64,000 nt of DNA from a virus. Lineage: Duplodnaviria; Caudoviricetes. Both the position numbers and the translations under genes were made by a program. Numbering within the stretch: the stretch's first letter is position 1; each line of letters starts with the position of its first letter. Positions 19,029-29,608 of this stretch are shown here, in pieces. The stretch covers positions 64,001 to 128,000 of the IMG/VR virus record IMGVR_UViG_3300032324_000909; one strand, 5' to 3'. A model generated the notes under the pieces. It did no database searches. It had not been told where the DNA came from and was given only the letters and a program-made list of their open reading frames with translations.

Positions 19029-20195
19029 ATGAAATGGCTTCTGAACATTAATAACTTTTCTTTTTTAGAAAAACTCAAGATTTGTCTTTTTCTTTTAAAT
19101 CCTGAAAATCGATGGACGCAAGACAAGCAAGTTAAATCTTTTGAGAAAAAGTTTGCCGAGTTTGTGGGATGTAAATATGCCGTGTACGTTTCAAGCGGTT
19201 CCACTGCAAACATTCTAATTGCACAATATCATAAGAGCATACAAAAGAATAAAAATAAGAATATAGTAGTATTACCATCTACTACATGGCAAACATCTTG
19301 CGCACCTTGGATACAAGCTGGATTTGATCCACACTTTATAGATATTTCCTTAGAGGACTTTAGCATAGATAAAGAGAAACTAACAAATTTTGTAAAAAAC
19401 AATAAAAGTAAAATTGCCTGCATTTTCCCAACTTCCCTAATCGGCTACGTTCCAGACATGGAATACTACAAAGAATTACAAAATAAATATAAAGTTTCGA
19501 TAGCATTTGATAATTGCGAAAACACTCTTGGCAAATTCAACGGCAAAAATGTATCTTCATTCTTTACTTCATCTACTTCTACATATTTCGGTCACCAATT
19601 GCAATCTATTGAAGGTGGGTTCATATTTACAAACTCTGAAGATGAGTACAATTATTTCTTAATGGCCAGAAACCACGGCATGACAAGAAGTCTTACCGTA
19701 TATGGTATTGATAATTCCAAATTTGTTAACAATAAAGTAGATTCACTTTTCGATTTTAACATGCTGGGGTATAATTTTAGAAATACGGATCTAAATGCAT
19801 TTATTGGTCAAATAGATCTTGCTAAAGCATCGTTTTATACAGAAAAAAGAAAATCACTTTACTCCCTATATAAACTGAACAACGAAAAATTCTTTCTTCC
19901 AGAAATTTCAGAAGACAAAGAAAACGTCCCCTTTTGTTTGCCAGTAATAGTAAAAAATTCAAATAAAGAATTATTTAAAAAAGCACTAGAATTATGTAAA
20001 GAACAGGGCATAGAGTATAGGCCAATTATTTCTGGATACCTAGGCTACCAAACATGCTATAAAAAATATTTCAAATCTTCAAAACAGTATCCAAACTCTG
20101 TTGATATACACAACTATGGATTTTATATTGGACTACATTCTGGCGTAAAAGAAAAACAGATAATTAATCTTGTAAAAGAATTAAATAATTTGTAA
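19029..20195 (+). CDS. DegT/DnrJ-fold PLP enzyme, ColD-like 3-dehydratase
   Basis: VSSGSTAN, DNCE, YFGHQLQSIEGG (His in place of Schiff-base Lys), RNHG, GYNFR. Confidence 0.8.
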   Translation: MKWLLNINNFSFLEKLKICLFLLNPENRWTQDKQVKSFEKKFAEFVGCKYAVYVSSGSTANILIAQYHKSIQKNKNKNIVVLPSTTWQTSCAPWIQAGFDPHFIDISLEDFSIDKEKLTNFVKNNKSKIACIFPTSLIGYVPDMEYYKELQNKYKVSIAFDNCENTLGKFNGKNVSSFFTSSTSTYFGHQLQSIEGGFIFTNSEDEYNYFLMARNHGMTRSLTVYGIDNSKFVNNKVDSLFDFNMLGYNFRNTDLNAFIGQIDLAKASFYTEKRKSLYSLYKLNNEKFFLPEISEDKENVPFCLPVIVKNSNKELFKKALELCKEQGIEYRPIISGYLGYQTCYKKYFKSSKQYPNSVDIHNYGFYIGLHSGVKEKQIINLVKELNNL

Positions 20196-20206
20196 ACTTA
20201 TTTTAA

Positions 20207-20623
20207 GTGAAATTTAAGAACTTATATGGTAAATATGTAAATAAAAACATAACCCCATATTTAGCAGAATGGAATAAGCCCTGTAGAAGTAAGGCCCAAA
20301 CCAATGTTAAAAAATTCTTTGAACTGTATTGGAACACTCACATAGTGTGCGAGGAATTTCCAGTTTTAGGCAGTAGAATGAAATGTGACCTCTTAAACCT
20401 AACCAAGAAAATTGCCGTAGAAACCCACGGACAACAGCACGATAAATTCGTACCCTTCTTCCATAAGAACCGTACGGCATTTAAAAAATCATTTAAAAGA
20501 GATCTGCAAAAGTACAACTGGCTTGAAGAAAATGGATTTAAGGTTATAGAGATATTTGACCACGAAATCAAAGACCTCACAGTAGAATGGTTTAAGGAAA
20601 AGTTTGATATAGAAATAATTTAA
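20207..20623 (+). CDS. Vsr/DUF559-like PD-(D/E)XK endonuclease
   Basis: EEFP...CD.....IAVETHGQQH...RD..K. Confidence 0.7.
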   Translation: MKFKNLYGKYVNKNITPYLAEWNKPCRSKAQTNVKKFFELYWNTHIVCEEFPVLGSRMKCDLLNLTKKIAVETHGQQHDKFVPFFHKNRTAFKKSFKRDLQKYNWLEENGFKVIEIFDHEIKDLTVEWFKEKFDIEII

Positions 20624-20657
20624 TTTACTTCTCGATAAAGATATCATATCTTTAGAT

Positions 20658-21266
20658 ATGAGTATTTTTTATATAGGCATTGGAGGGGTCGCTAGATCCG
20701 GAAAAGATAGTTTCGCCAATAATCTTTTAGAAATTTTAAAACAAAATAATTTTAAAGTAATTAAAAGCTCTTTGGCCGAACCGTTAAAGCATGATTGTAA
20801 GGAGTTTATATCATCCAAACTTAATCTTGACGTTTGGACTGACAAGACAGAAGAAAAGGCTATTTTTAGAGAAATGCTAGTTTGGTATGGTAAAGTAAAA
20901 AGACAGCAATCAGAAGGAAAGTATTGGACTAACCTTCTCACTAAAAAGGTAGAAATAGAGTCTCCAGAAATTTGCATAGTTCCAGATGTTAGATACCTAC
21001 AATATCCAGAAGACGAAGTTTTTTGGCTTAAAGAAAAAATGAAAGGTATTCTAATCCATATAGAAAGAAAGGACATTAATGGCGATATTGTTCCACCAGC
21101 AAATATGGACGAATCAATTAATGATAAATTAATTAAAGATAGCGCAGATTACTCTGTAGTTTGGCCAACATATGCTCCGGAAGATCTTTCTGATCTTGCA
21201 AATGATGTAAAAAAGGTTTACCATGAATTTATAGAACAAAAAATATATGCAGCAAAAAATTCGTAG
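20658..21266 (+). CDS. deoxynucleoside monophosphate kinase
   Basis: GIGGVARSGKDS P-loop, LAEPLK, VPDVRY...E. Confidence 0.75.
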   Translation: MSIFYIGIGGVARSGKDSFANNLLEILKQNNFKVIKSSLAEPLKHDCKEFISSKLNLDVWTDKTEEKAIFREMLVWYGKVKRQQSEGKYWTNLLTKKVEIESPEICIVPDVRYLQYPEDEVFWLKEKMKGILIHIERKDINGDIVPPANMDESINDKLIKDSADYSVVWPTYAPEDLSDLANDVKKVYHEFIEQKIYAAKNS

Positions 21267-22734
21267 CGTTAACGTAGAAAAACATGTACTTGCGGGATTC
21301 ATAAAACATCCAAAAGTATATCATGACGTTTCTCATTTTATCAATGAGCAAGACTTTACGAATGGGCACAAGACTATTTTTAATGTCATAAAAAACCAAA
21401 TAATGCATAACCATCCTTTGGATGCAGTTATTCTTTCGGAGAAGATAAAGAATTTAGGGATTACATTTAATAAACAGGATTTTAATGTTTTTGATTACAT
21501 CGAGGGCTTAACTTTCATCAAGATAAGCGAAAAATCTCTTCTTGAGGCCTGTAAAGAACTGAAAACAGTTACTATTCGCAGGGAACTATTTGACACCTGT
21601 TCCCAAATTCAAGACTCAATGTTGAACTCTGGAGATCAAAATCCAGATCAAATTATTAGTCTTGCCGATAAGATGTATAATGACAAGATTAGCGCGTATG
21701 ATTTAGATGTAAAACCAGAGGATTTGTTTGCCAATATAGAACAATTAATTGAAGAGAGGGCCAATGCGCCAGTTGCGGAACTTGGTTATATGACACCATA
21801 TAAACATTTTAATCAAATGTATGGTGGACTGAGGCCCGGTGAATTATATGCTTGGGTATCTAGGCCAAAGCATGGTAAAAGTACTATTCTTAATGATATA
21901 GCAACTAAATCTACTATTATCAATCCTAATATGCGAGCACTTATCCTTGATACGGAAATGCAAACTAACGTAATGAAATTTCGTATCGCTAGTAGCATAA
22001 CAGGTATTCCGATGTGGTATTTGGAAACTGGTAACTTTAAAAATAATAAAGAATTATTGGCCAGATGGAATAGCAAGAAAACAGAACTCTCGCTAATTCA
22101 AGGCAGGGTTAATCATATGCAGGTAGCTGGAAAACCAGTTCAAGAAATTGAATCTATTATTCAGAGATGGTATTTAAGTGAAGTTGGTCGTGGTAATCCA
22201 GCTATGGTTGTTTACGATTACATCAAGCTTACTGGCGAAACTGGCGATAAAAATAAACAGGAATATCAGTTAATTGGCGACAAGGTTGACTCGCTGAAGA
22301 ATCTTTCTGTTAGATTGAATATACCACTATTAACAGCATGTCAGCTAAATAGAAGTGCGGAAAATGGCGCTGATGATAGTTCAGCAATCTCGCAGAGTGA
22401 TCGTCTACAGTGGTTTGCAGCATACGTCGGTATCTTTAGAAGAAAGACTCTAGAGGAACAGGCTGAAGATGGAATTCAATATGGAACACATAAGATGATC
22501 GAACTTGCAGCCAGATATCAAGGTAAAAATGCTCATGGGCATAATGATTTAATTAAAGTTAAAGATGGCAATCAATTCAAATATAAAAAGAACTTTATTT
22601 CGTTTAATGTAAATAATTTCGATGTTCAGGAAAAGGGAACGTTGCAGGATATTGTTGACTCAAAATCTGGCGTAAAGGTTGATATATTTGATAGAGATTA
22701 CAAGGAAGAACAAGATGGCGAAGAGTTGCTATGA
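21247..22734 (+). CDS. dnaB: replicative DNA helicase
   Basis: RPKHGKS, DTEM, YDYIKL, QLNR; N-terminal DnaB domain. Confidence 0.9.
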   Translation: MQQKIRSVNVEKHVLAGFIKHPKVYHDVSHFINEQDFTNGHKTIFNVIKNQIMHNHPLDAVILSEKIKNLGITFNKQDFNVFDYIEGLTFIKISEKSLLEACKELKTVTIRRELFDTCSQIQDSMLNSGDQNPDQIISLADKMYNDKISAYDLDVKPEDLFANIEQLIEERANAPVAELGYMTPYKHFNQMYGGLRPGELYAWVSRPKHGKSTILNDIATKSTIINPNMRALILDTEMQTNVMKFRIASSITGIPMWYLETGNFKNNKELLARWNSKKTELSLIQGRVNHMQVAGKPVQEIESIIQRWYLSEVGRGNPAMVVYDYIKLTGETGDKNKQEYQLIGDKVDSLKNLSVRLNIPLLTACQLNRSAENGADDSSAISQSDRLQWFAAYVGIFRRKTLEEQAEDGIQYGTHKMIELAARYQGKNAHGHNDLIKVKDGNQFKYKKNFISFNVNNFDVQEKGTLQDIVDSKSGVKVDIFDRDYKEEQDGEELL

Positions 22735-23633
22735 ACCTAATAGATATATTGCGCAGTGCTGGTTGTCAGCCTAGAAACCATGGTACATATTTAACATGTA
22801 CTGCGAAATATCGTGGTGGCGATGACCCAACTTCTGTTGCCGTTTATTTACAAACAAATACTGTTCATGATTTCGTTACTAGCAAAACAATGTCACTTGA
22901 GGATTTTTTGAAGAAGACGTTAAATTTAAAATCTTACGAACAAGTAGAAAAAATAATAAATGGAACAAAAGAGTATTACTCATCCTGTTTCGCATCAATA
23001 GATGATCAAGACCCATTCAATAAAACGGTAAAATACTATTCTAACGATGATATTTTATCCCTCAAGGATGATCATTCTTACTGGAATGGTAGAGGAATAA
23101 AAAATGATACCTTAAAAGTATTCCAGAGTGGAGTATGTGGTAGTGGTAAAATGCAAAATAGGTATGTTTTTCCAATTTTTAATTCTAGAAAAAAAATAGA
23201 AGGATTCTCGGGAAGAGATGTATCTGGAAGTTCAAAAATCAAGTGGAAACATATTGGCAAAAAGAACGACTGGGCATATCCATTAGTTTTTAGTTATAAA
23301 TATATAAACGATAAAAATGAAATTATATTAGTTGAAAGCATAGGAGACATGTTGTCATTGTGGCAATCTGGAATCAAAAATATAGGGATAACATTTGGAA
23401 CTGATATAGGCAATGGTTTAATAAAAGCAATATTGCGCTTAGACCCAAAAAGTATTATTATTGCAACTAATAATGATGCAAACCAAGCCGGACAGAAAGC
23501 AGCGAAAGGAATCAAGGAAAAACTTACTGAATTTTTTGACGAAAATCAAATCAAAATCGCGCACCCTATCAAGAATGATTTCGGTGAACAGAATGATCAG
23601 GAAAACATTAGCTGGTACAACAATTTAAAATAA
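22731..23633 (+). CDS. DNA primase (Toprim, DnaG-like)
   Basis: RYVFPI...GFSGR, LVESIGD, NND..GQKAA. Confidence 0.85.
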   Translation: MNLIDILRSAGCQPRNHGTYLTCTAKYRGGDDPTSVAVYLQTNTVHDFVTSKTMSLEDFLKKTLNLKSYEQVEKIINGTKEYYSSCFASIDDQDPFNKTVKYYSNDDILSLKDDHSYWNGRGIKNDTLKVFQSGVCGSGKMQNRYVFPIFNSRKKIEGFSGRDVSGSSKIKWKHIGKKNDWAYPLVFSYKYINDKNEIILVESIGDMLSLWQSGIKNIGITFGTDIGNGLIKAILRLDPKSIIIATNNDANQAGQKAAKGIKEKLTEFFDENQIKIAHPIKNDFGEQNDQENISWYNNLK

Positions 23634-23634
23634 T

Positions 23635-24120
23635 ATGAACTGGACAGAATACTACATACGCCATCAATATTTGGCATCTCAGAAAAGCAAAGACCCTAGC
23701 ACTAAAATTGGTGCCGTACTAGTTCGTGATAATAATATCATATCAATTGGATATAACGGCTTCCCAAGAGGAGTAAAAGATACCGAGGAGAGACTAAATA
23801 ACAGAGAAGATAAATATTTTTATATTACCCACGCAGAACATAACTCTATTCTTTCGGCGGCTAGAAATGGAATTGCCACCAAGGGTTCTGCGCTTTATAC
23901 TTCTGGAATGCCATGTAATGAATGTGCCAAAGCAATCATTCAGGCCGGAATAAACACTGTGGTACTGCACGAGCAATATCCAACACTGTCACATGGAAAG
24001 TGGTCAAAATCAGTATCAAAAGCCGAAGAAATGTTTGCCGAGGCGGGAGTTACAATATTATTGTTAAATAAAGAACTAGGAATTAAGTGCCTAATCAACG
24101 GAGAAGAAGTTGCCGTATGA
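23635..24120 (+). CDS. dCMP deaminase
   Basis: SKDPSTKIGAV, GYNGFPRG, HAE, PCNEC. Confidence 0.92.
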   Translation: MNWTEYYIRHQYLASQKSKDPSTKIGAVLVRDNNIISIGYNGFPRGVKDTEERLNNREDKYFYITHAEHNSILSAARNGIATKGSALYTSGMPCNECAKAIIQAGINTVVLHEQYPTLSHGKWSKSVSKAEEMFAEAGVTILLLNKELGIKCLINGEEVAV

Positions 24121-25118
24121 GCGAAGAACTAGTTAGGCTTTCTGCAAGTAGAATTAAAACCCTTCAGTCATGTACTTGGAGTTATTATTCGAATTATGTA
24201 TTAAAATTGCCACAAACAAATAACTCTGGTGCAATGAGGGGTACTATTGCGCACTTAATATTTGAAATCCTCTCAAACCCAAGGCATCACAAGTATGTAA
24301 AAAAAATAATAAAAAAAGAAACATGCAAGGCCGTTCCCTCTGTTTGGAATCTTATATTCAAGACCGCAAGAAAAATTGGACTAGATTTAGATGAAATGGT
24401 AAAGCCCCTTAAGAAGGAGCCAGAAGTTACGAATCTAAAATGTATAGATCAAATGATTTTAGTTGGTTTAAAGTTTGATTTTATCAATATAGATGGATTT
24501 ATAGGTAGTGAGTGGGCTTTTGATATTACAAACGAAAGTCCAAAATATAGAATTGTAGGATTTGTTGATAGACTTTTAAAAGACAAGGATGGAAAATTAA
24601 TAGTAAGAGATTATAAAAGCAGTAAAAAAACATTTGATACCGCAGAACTTGAAAGTAATCTGCAATCAATGATGTATTCCCTAGCCCTTAAGAAAAAATA
24701 TCCAAATCAATATAAGGAAATTATTGCGAAATTTCTTTTCTTGAGATACCCAAATGATCCAGAAAAATCTTCTCCAGCTTTTTCAGATAACGAACTTGAT
24801 GGGTTTGAGCATTATCTAGAATATACTTCTAATTTATTACAATCATTTAACGAACAATCTGCAAAATCCAATTTTGCAAAAAACGAGTTCAGTAAAAAGT
24901 GGATGTGTAAAACAAAATCTGGATGGAAGTGTCCATATCTTGAAGCAATGAATTATAAAGTTTTACTTGATAAAGATAAAAAAATAATTAAATCAGTATT
25001 TGCCTCGGAAGATATTAACGCAGAAGACATTAAGGAAGGTTTTACTGTCGAGGAAAGGAGATACGAAGGGTGTCCGGCTTGGGAAGTGAAAAAACAAAAA
25101 GATGCATTTGACTTCTAA
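24117..25118 (+). CDS. PD-(D/E)XK exonuclease (RecB/AddB-like)
   Basis: LSASRI, GTIAH, GFVDRL...DYKS, Q..MY, C-terminal Cys residues; ATGA-coupled start 24117. Confidence 0.8.
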   Translation: MSEELVRLSASRIKTLQSCTWSYYSNYVLKLPQTNNSGAMRGTIAHLIFEILSNPRHHKYVKKIIKKETCKAVPSVWNLIFKTARKIGLDLDEMVKPLKKEPEVTNLKCIDQMILVGLKFDFINIDGFIGSEWAFDITNESPKYRIVGFVDRLLKDKDGKLIVRDYKSSKKTFDTAELESNLQSMMYSLALKKKYPNQYKEIIAKFLFLRYPNDPEKSSPAFSDNELDGFEHYLEYTSNLLQSFNEQSAKSNFAKNEFSKKWMCKTKSGWKCPYLEAMNYKVLLDKDKKIIKSVFASEDINAEDIKEGFTVEERRYEGCPAWEVKKQKDAFDF

Positions 25119-25142
25119 TAAAAATATTGATAATATAGAAAT

Positions 25143-25706
25143 ATGGAATATATCTGCGTAAACCAAATTAACGAGCACGGCCTTAGAAAGTTTCGTCAAG
25201 AGTTCTGGAACCTAGACAGGAATACCGATCAACCTATAATACCAATAGTTATTGATTGTTATGGTGGTGAAGTTTATTCTGTTCTTGGAATGGTTAGTAT
25301 CATAAAGAGCACTGAAAAGCAAGTATGCACAATAGTAGACTCAAAAGCAATGAGCGCCGCCGCAATCCTGCTGAGCTGTGGAACAAAGGGGCTTAGATTC
25401 GCAAGTGAATATGCGCACATCATGGTTCACGAAGTTCTCACTGGCACTGGCCAAACAAAAGTTAGCGATGTGAATATTGATACAAACCATGCTCTCGCAC
25501 TTAATAAACAGTTATTTTCCATTCTAGATAAAAATTGCGGAAAGGCTAGTGGCTTCTTTTACAGGGCTGTAGAAAGTAATAAAAATAGTAATTTATATCT
25601 AAACGCGAAACAGGCTAAAAAGTATGGTATCGTTGATCATATTGATAGTCCTAGATTAAATATTTCCAGAGAATACTCCATATCTACACTAATTAATCAA
25701 GGTTAA
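25143..25706 (+). CDS. clpP: ClpP-family protease
   Basis: YGGEV, KAMSAAAILL (catalytic Ser), IMVHE, A..A..YGIVD. Confidence 0.8.
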   Translation: MEYICVNQINEHGLRKFRQEFWNLDRNTDQPIIPIVIDCYGGEVYSVLGMVSIIKSTEKQVCTIVDSKAMSAAAILLSCGTKGLRFASEYAHIMVHEVLTGTGQTKVSDVNIDTNHALALNKQLFSILDKNCGKASGFFYRAVESNKNSNLYLNAKQAKKYGIVDHIDSPRLNISREYSISTLINQG

Positions 25707-26452
25707 TGATACCAATATTTAGATCAAATTATTCTCTAACGTCCATACTAACCCTTGATAAGGGTACGGATATTAGCGATAGGAAATTGAATCGAGCAGA
25801 TTCAGTATTTGATATCTGTAAAGATAACGATATTAAAGATGTTTTTATTGCAGACAATAATTTAAGCGGCATGGTTGAAGCGTATGAAAACGCATCTAAT
25901 GCTGGTCTAAATCTACGTTATGGCCTTAGAGTAAGCGTATGTAATAATATAGAAGATAAAACAGATGCCTCTACTCAAACAGAAGGCAAGTTGATTATTT
26001 TCGCTAAAAGCAATAGCTTTACCGATCTAGTTAAACTTCATAATATCTCAACTACTATTGGTAATTTTAATGGTAAGCCACGGTTAGATTATAATATCTT
26101 AAAAAAGAATTGGACTAAAAATTTATTAATGCTAATTCCATTTTACGATTCATTTATATTCAATAATTTATTACATGGTCACTATTGTATTCCGGACATA
26201 GATTTTACAAGCCCATATATTTCAATAGAAAATAACAATTTACCATTTGACAGCATTGTAAAAAAACAGATACAATCAAGTATAAAGTATGACCAGATAG
26301 AAAGTAAGACTATCTATTATAATAATAAATCAGATTTTAATGCTTATATGACTTATAGATGTATTTTAAATAGATCAAACTTTCAGAAGCCGGAACTATC
26401 CCACTTTGGAAGCAATGAATTCTGTATGGAGGCAATGAACAATGCAAGATAA
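25706..26452 (+). CDS. stand-alone degenerate PHP domain of DNA polymerase III alpha
   Basis: FRSNYS...IADNNLSG.VEAY...GL...G...LIIFAK...KPRLD follows the DnaE N-terminus but lacks the HxH metal ligands. Confidence 0.8.
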   Translation: MIPIFRSNYSLTSILTLDKGTDISDRKLNRADSVFDICKDNDIKDVFIADNNLSGMVEAYENASNAGLNLRYGLRVSVCNNIEDKTDASTQTEGKLIIFAKSNSFTDLVKLHNISTTIGNFNGKPRLDYNILKKNWTKNLLMLIPFYDSFIFNNLLHGHYCIPDIDFTSPYISIENNNLPFDSIVKKQIQSSIKYDQIESKTIYYNNKSDFNAYMTYRCILNRSNFQKPELSHFGSNEFCMEAMNNAR

Positions 26453-27074
26453 TCTTTTACGCTTTCAGAAAAAACAGAAATATTTAATTTTCGACACTGA
26501 AACCGAAAGTTTAAACTTGGCAAATTCAAGGCCTTGGCAATTAAGCTGGTCAATTGCAGAAGGTAATAAAATTATAAAAAATGAAGATAGATTTATTTAT
26601 TGGGATGATTTAAAGATGTCTGATGGTGCCGCCAAAATAACACGCTTTGATAGGGCGGCTTGGGCAAAAAAGTCAGAAGATCCTAAAAAGGTTGTTACTG
26701 ATTTTGATAAATATCTTTATAATAAAGACTATATAATTATTGGCGCAAACCTACTTGGTTTCGATGTTTATCAACACAATAACTTAAGAAAGGCGGCGGG
26801 ATTAGAGACTGATTATTCTTATGTAGATAGAATTCTTGATGTACAATCAATGCAAAAGGGTATATACTTAGGGCTTAAATCAATACCCGAAGACCGTAGT
26901 GGTTGGAATTTTCAAATGCAAAACTTTAGACAAAGAGGATTAAAGACATCTGTCAAACATCTTTGTAGCGTATATGAAATACCATACGATGAAAATCGTG
27001 CGCATGATGCTATTTATGATAATGAATTAGTATTTTCTATTTTCAAAAAACAAATTTTTTCAATCGAAGTATGA
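26442..27074 (+). CDS. dnaQ: DEDDh 3'-5' exonuclease (DnaQ/epsilon-like)
   Basis: FDTETE, N..GFD, AHDAIYD. Confidence 0.85.
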   Translation: MQDNLLRFQKKQKYLIFDTETESLNLANSRPWQLSWSIAEGNKIIKNEDRFIYWDDLKMSDGAAKITRFDRAAWAKKSEDPKKVVTDFDKYLYNKDYIIIGANLLGFDVYQHNNLRKAAGLETDYSYVDRILDVQSMQKGIYLGLKSIPEDRSGWNFQMQNFRQRGLKTSVKHLCSVYEIPYDENRAHDAIYDNELVFSIFKKQIFSIEV

Positions 27075-29608
27075 ACAATAAATTTCTTAAAGAATTCAGT
27101 CAAATAAAAATAGATAACATCAACTTGGTTCGCTTGCCAAGCATTGATCTTACGGATAGTGAGAAAAACATTATTGCGAAACCTGTAAATAATAATGATG
27201 AATTTTTACAACAGTTAATTAACCAAGGCTGGATCTCTTTTAGAGATAAGGTAAATAAAGATTTATGGCCTAAATATATCGAGAGACTTCAAGAAGAATT
27301 CGTAATTGTTCAGGATCTAGGATTTGTGGATTATTTTCTGTTAGTTTGGAGGGTAATTAACAAAGCACGACAAATGGGCGCATTCATTGATTGGGGTCGT
27401 GGTAGTGCGGCTGGTAGTTTAATATTCTTTTTGATTGGGGTAACAGGGGTTGACCCAATAGATAAAAAACTATTTTTTACACGATTTATTTCGAGAGTAA
27501 GAGCAAAGAAGGAAATTATTGATGGTGTGACATATATACAGGGAGATCTTGCTCCAGACGTTGATATTAACTTGGGTGGCGTTAGGGAAGAGATAATTGA
27601 ATGGCTAAAATCTTGCTATCCGAACAAGGTTGCTAAAATTGCAGCACTTTCAACTTTTTCTGGTAAAATTCTAGTAAAAGATGTTTTTAAAATAATAAAT
27701 GAAGCTACAGAAGAAATGGCTTCTGACCTATCCGACACCATTGGCAAAACCTTTGGAGTAGTTGAGGATATTGAGGACTCTTACAAGAATAGCGAAAAGT
27801 TTAAAGAATGGGCGGACTCGTACCCCGAGTCTTATAGAGTGGCCCTTAAGTTAAGAGATCTAATTCGTGGTAAATCAACACATGCTAGTGGATATTTCAT
27901 ATCTTATTCATCATTAAACGAATTTATTCCAGTAGAATTAAATAAAGAAGGTGAGATAAGTATTTCTTACGAAATGAACACTGCCGCAAAATTTGGCATT
28001 AAGCTTGATCTTCTTGGTCTAACAAGTAATGAAATTATTAAAGATATTTTCGAAAATATTCCAGAATCAATTGAAGATATCGAGCTTGATACAAATATTG
28101 ATGTTTATAAACATTTACAAAGCGATAATTTAAAACCCTACGGCCTTTATCAAATCAGTGCTGATTGCGCGTATAGAGTATGTCAAAAAATCAAACCAGC
28201 AAATATTCAGGAACTTAGCGATGTAAACGCTATAGCTCGACCTGGCGCGCTAGCATATGAAGATAAATATGTCTGTATGTCAGGTGAGCCGCCACACGAG
28301 AAATTGAGGGAGGTTTTTGCGGAAAGTAGAAATCTTCCGCTTTATCAAGAACAACTTATTCAAAGTCTGGTGGCCGTTGGGTTTTCAGCAGATGAGGGGG
28401 AAATCATTAGACGAGTTATTGGCAAAAAGAAGCGTGATGAGATGCCCAAATGGAAGGATAGAGTATTTGAAACTTGTGAAAAGAATGGATTCGGTGAGCA
28501 AGTAGCAGAGGCTATTTGGAAGGTTTGTAGCGATTCGGCGGACTATTCATTCAATAAGTCACATTCAATGGCAACAGCTTACCTTGGCGCGCTTACCGTC
28601 TATCTTAAGTATAAATATCCATTACAATTCTTTACAGCATGTCTAAATGCTAGCCAGCGTCTTCCAGACCCAATGGAGGAAATTAGAAAAATGCAGCAAG
28701 AACTTCCCCATTTTGGAATTAAGTTGCTACCCCCACACTTATTAAAGTCTGACATGAAATTTAAAATAGATGGAAATAATATTCGTTATGGACTAAGCGC
28801 AATTAAGGGGGTTTCAGATAGCGCGATGGAAAAATTAATCAAATTCCGTGGCGAATATGATAGCAAGATCGACTGTTTTGTTGCCGCAAAACAGGCAGGT
28901 TTAAATATTGGAGTGCTTTCCTCTTTGATACAGGCTGGTTCTTTAGATGATTTAGAAACGAAAAGAACTAGGCTAGTTCTTGAGGCACAAACCTATAATT
29001 TACTAACTGATAGAGAGAAGCGTTTAGTTAAAGATGTACATGACGACACGGATAATAAGGATATCTTGCTAATCATTAAGCTATTGAATGACAAAGCTCA
29101 GATTAAGGATAGTCGTTTTGAAACTATAAAAAGTAAATATAATACCTATAAGGATATCTATATGCTAAATAGTAGAAACGAAGACGTAACAAATTATTTC
29201 TACGAAAGAAATTGCCTTGGTTTTAGCTATAGCCAAAACCTAACAAGACTATTTAAAAAGAAAAATAATGAATTCAATACCATAGAGTATATTAAACAAA
29301 ATAGAAAGGAAAATGACAAAGTTTTAGCGGTTGGGCAAGTGCTTGAGTGCAAGCAGTCCAAATCCAAGAATGGTAATAAATTCTATAAAGCGGTAGTCGC
29401 AGATGACACGGGAACAATTACTTGTTTATTATTTGATGGAAAGCAGGGGTTATTAGATGAATGTAAGTATGATAATGGAGGTAGTTTTCCAGAGGAAGGC
29501 GATATAGTAGCTATTAAGGGTAGATTAAAGGGCAGTGATGCAATCTTTGCTGACAAGATCATCAAGCAAGACTGCAAGATATACAAGAATATGCGTGATT
29601 TAAAATAA
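27071..29608 (+). CDS. dnaE: DNA polymerase III alpha catalytic core (no PHP)
   Basis: GRGSAAGSL, PDVDI, HASG, KLDLLGL, YQEQ, YSFNKSH, YGLSAIKGV, C-terminal OB fold. Confidence 0.95.
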   Translation: MNNKFLKEFSQIKIDNINLVRLPSIDLTDSEKNIIAKPVNNNDEFLQQLINQGWISFRDKVNKDLWPKYIERLQEEFVIVQDLGFVDYFLLVWRVINKARQMGAFIDWGRGSAAGSLIFFLIGVTGVDPIDKKLFFTRFISRVRAKKEIIDGVTYIQGDLAPDVDINLGGVREEIIEWLKSCYPNKVAKIAALSTFSGKILVKDVFKIINEATEEMASDLSDTIGKTFGVVEDIEDSYKNSEKFKEWADSYPESYRVALKLRDLIRGKSTHASGYFISYSSLNEFIPVELNKEGEISISYEMNTAAKFGIKLDLLGLTSNEIIKDIFENIPESIEDIELDTNIDVYKHLQSDNLKPYGLYQISADCAYRVCQKIKPANIQELSDVNAIARPGALAYEDKYVCMSGEPPHEKLREVFAESRNLPLYQEQLIQSLVAVGFSADEGEIIRRVIGKKKRDEMPKWKDRVFETCEKNGFGEQVAEAIWKVCSDSADYSFNKSHSMATAYLGALTVYLKYKYPLQFFTACLNASQRLPDPMEEIRKMQQELPHFGIKLLPPHLLKSDMKFKIDGNNIRYGLSAIKGVSDSAMEKLIKFRGEYDSKIDCFVAAKQAGLNIGVLSSLIQAGSLDDLETKRTRLVLEAQTYNLLTDREKRLVKDVHDDTDNKDILLIIKLLNDKAQIKDSRFETIKSKYNTYKDIYMLNSRNEDVTNYFYERNCLGFSYSQNLTRLFKKKNNEFNTIEYIKQNRKENDKVLAVGQVLECKQSKSKNGNKFYKAVVADDTGTITCLLFDGKQGLLDECKYDNGGSFPEEGDIVAIKGRLKGSDAIFADKIIKQDCKIYKNMRDLK

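Noticed and set aside
24117-25118. Cas4 / CRISPR adaptation gene
   Set aside because: Generic PD-(D/E)XK nuclease within the replication operon; no cas1, cas2 or array
8643-29608. Inteins or group I introns in nrdA, nrdB, recA, dnaB or dnaE
   Set aside because: Proteins are compact, with no intein terminal motifs or interrupting insertions visible
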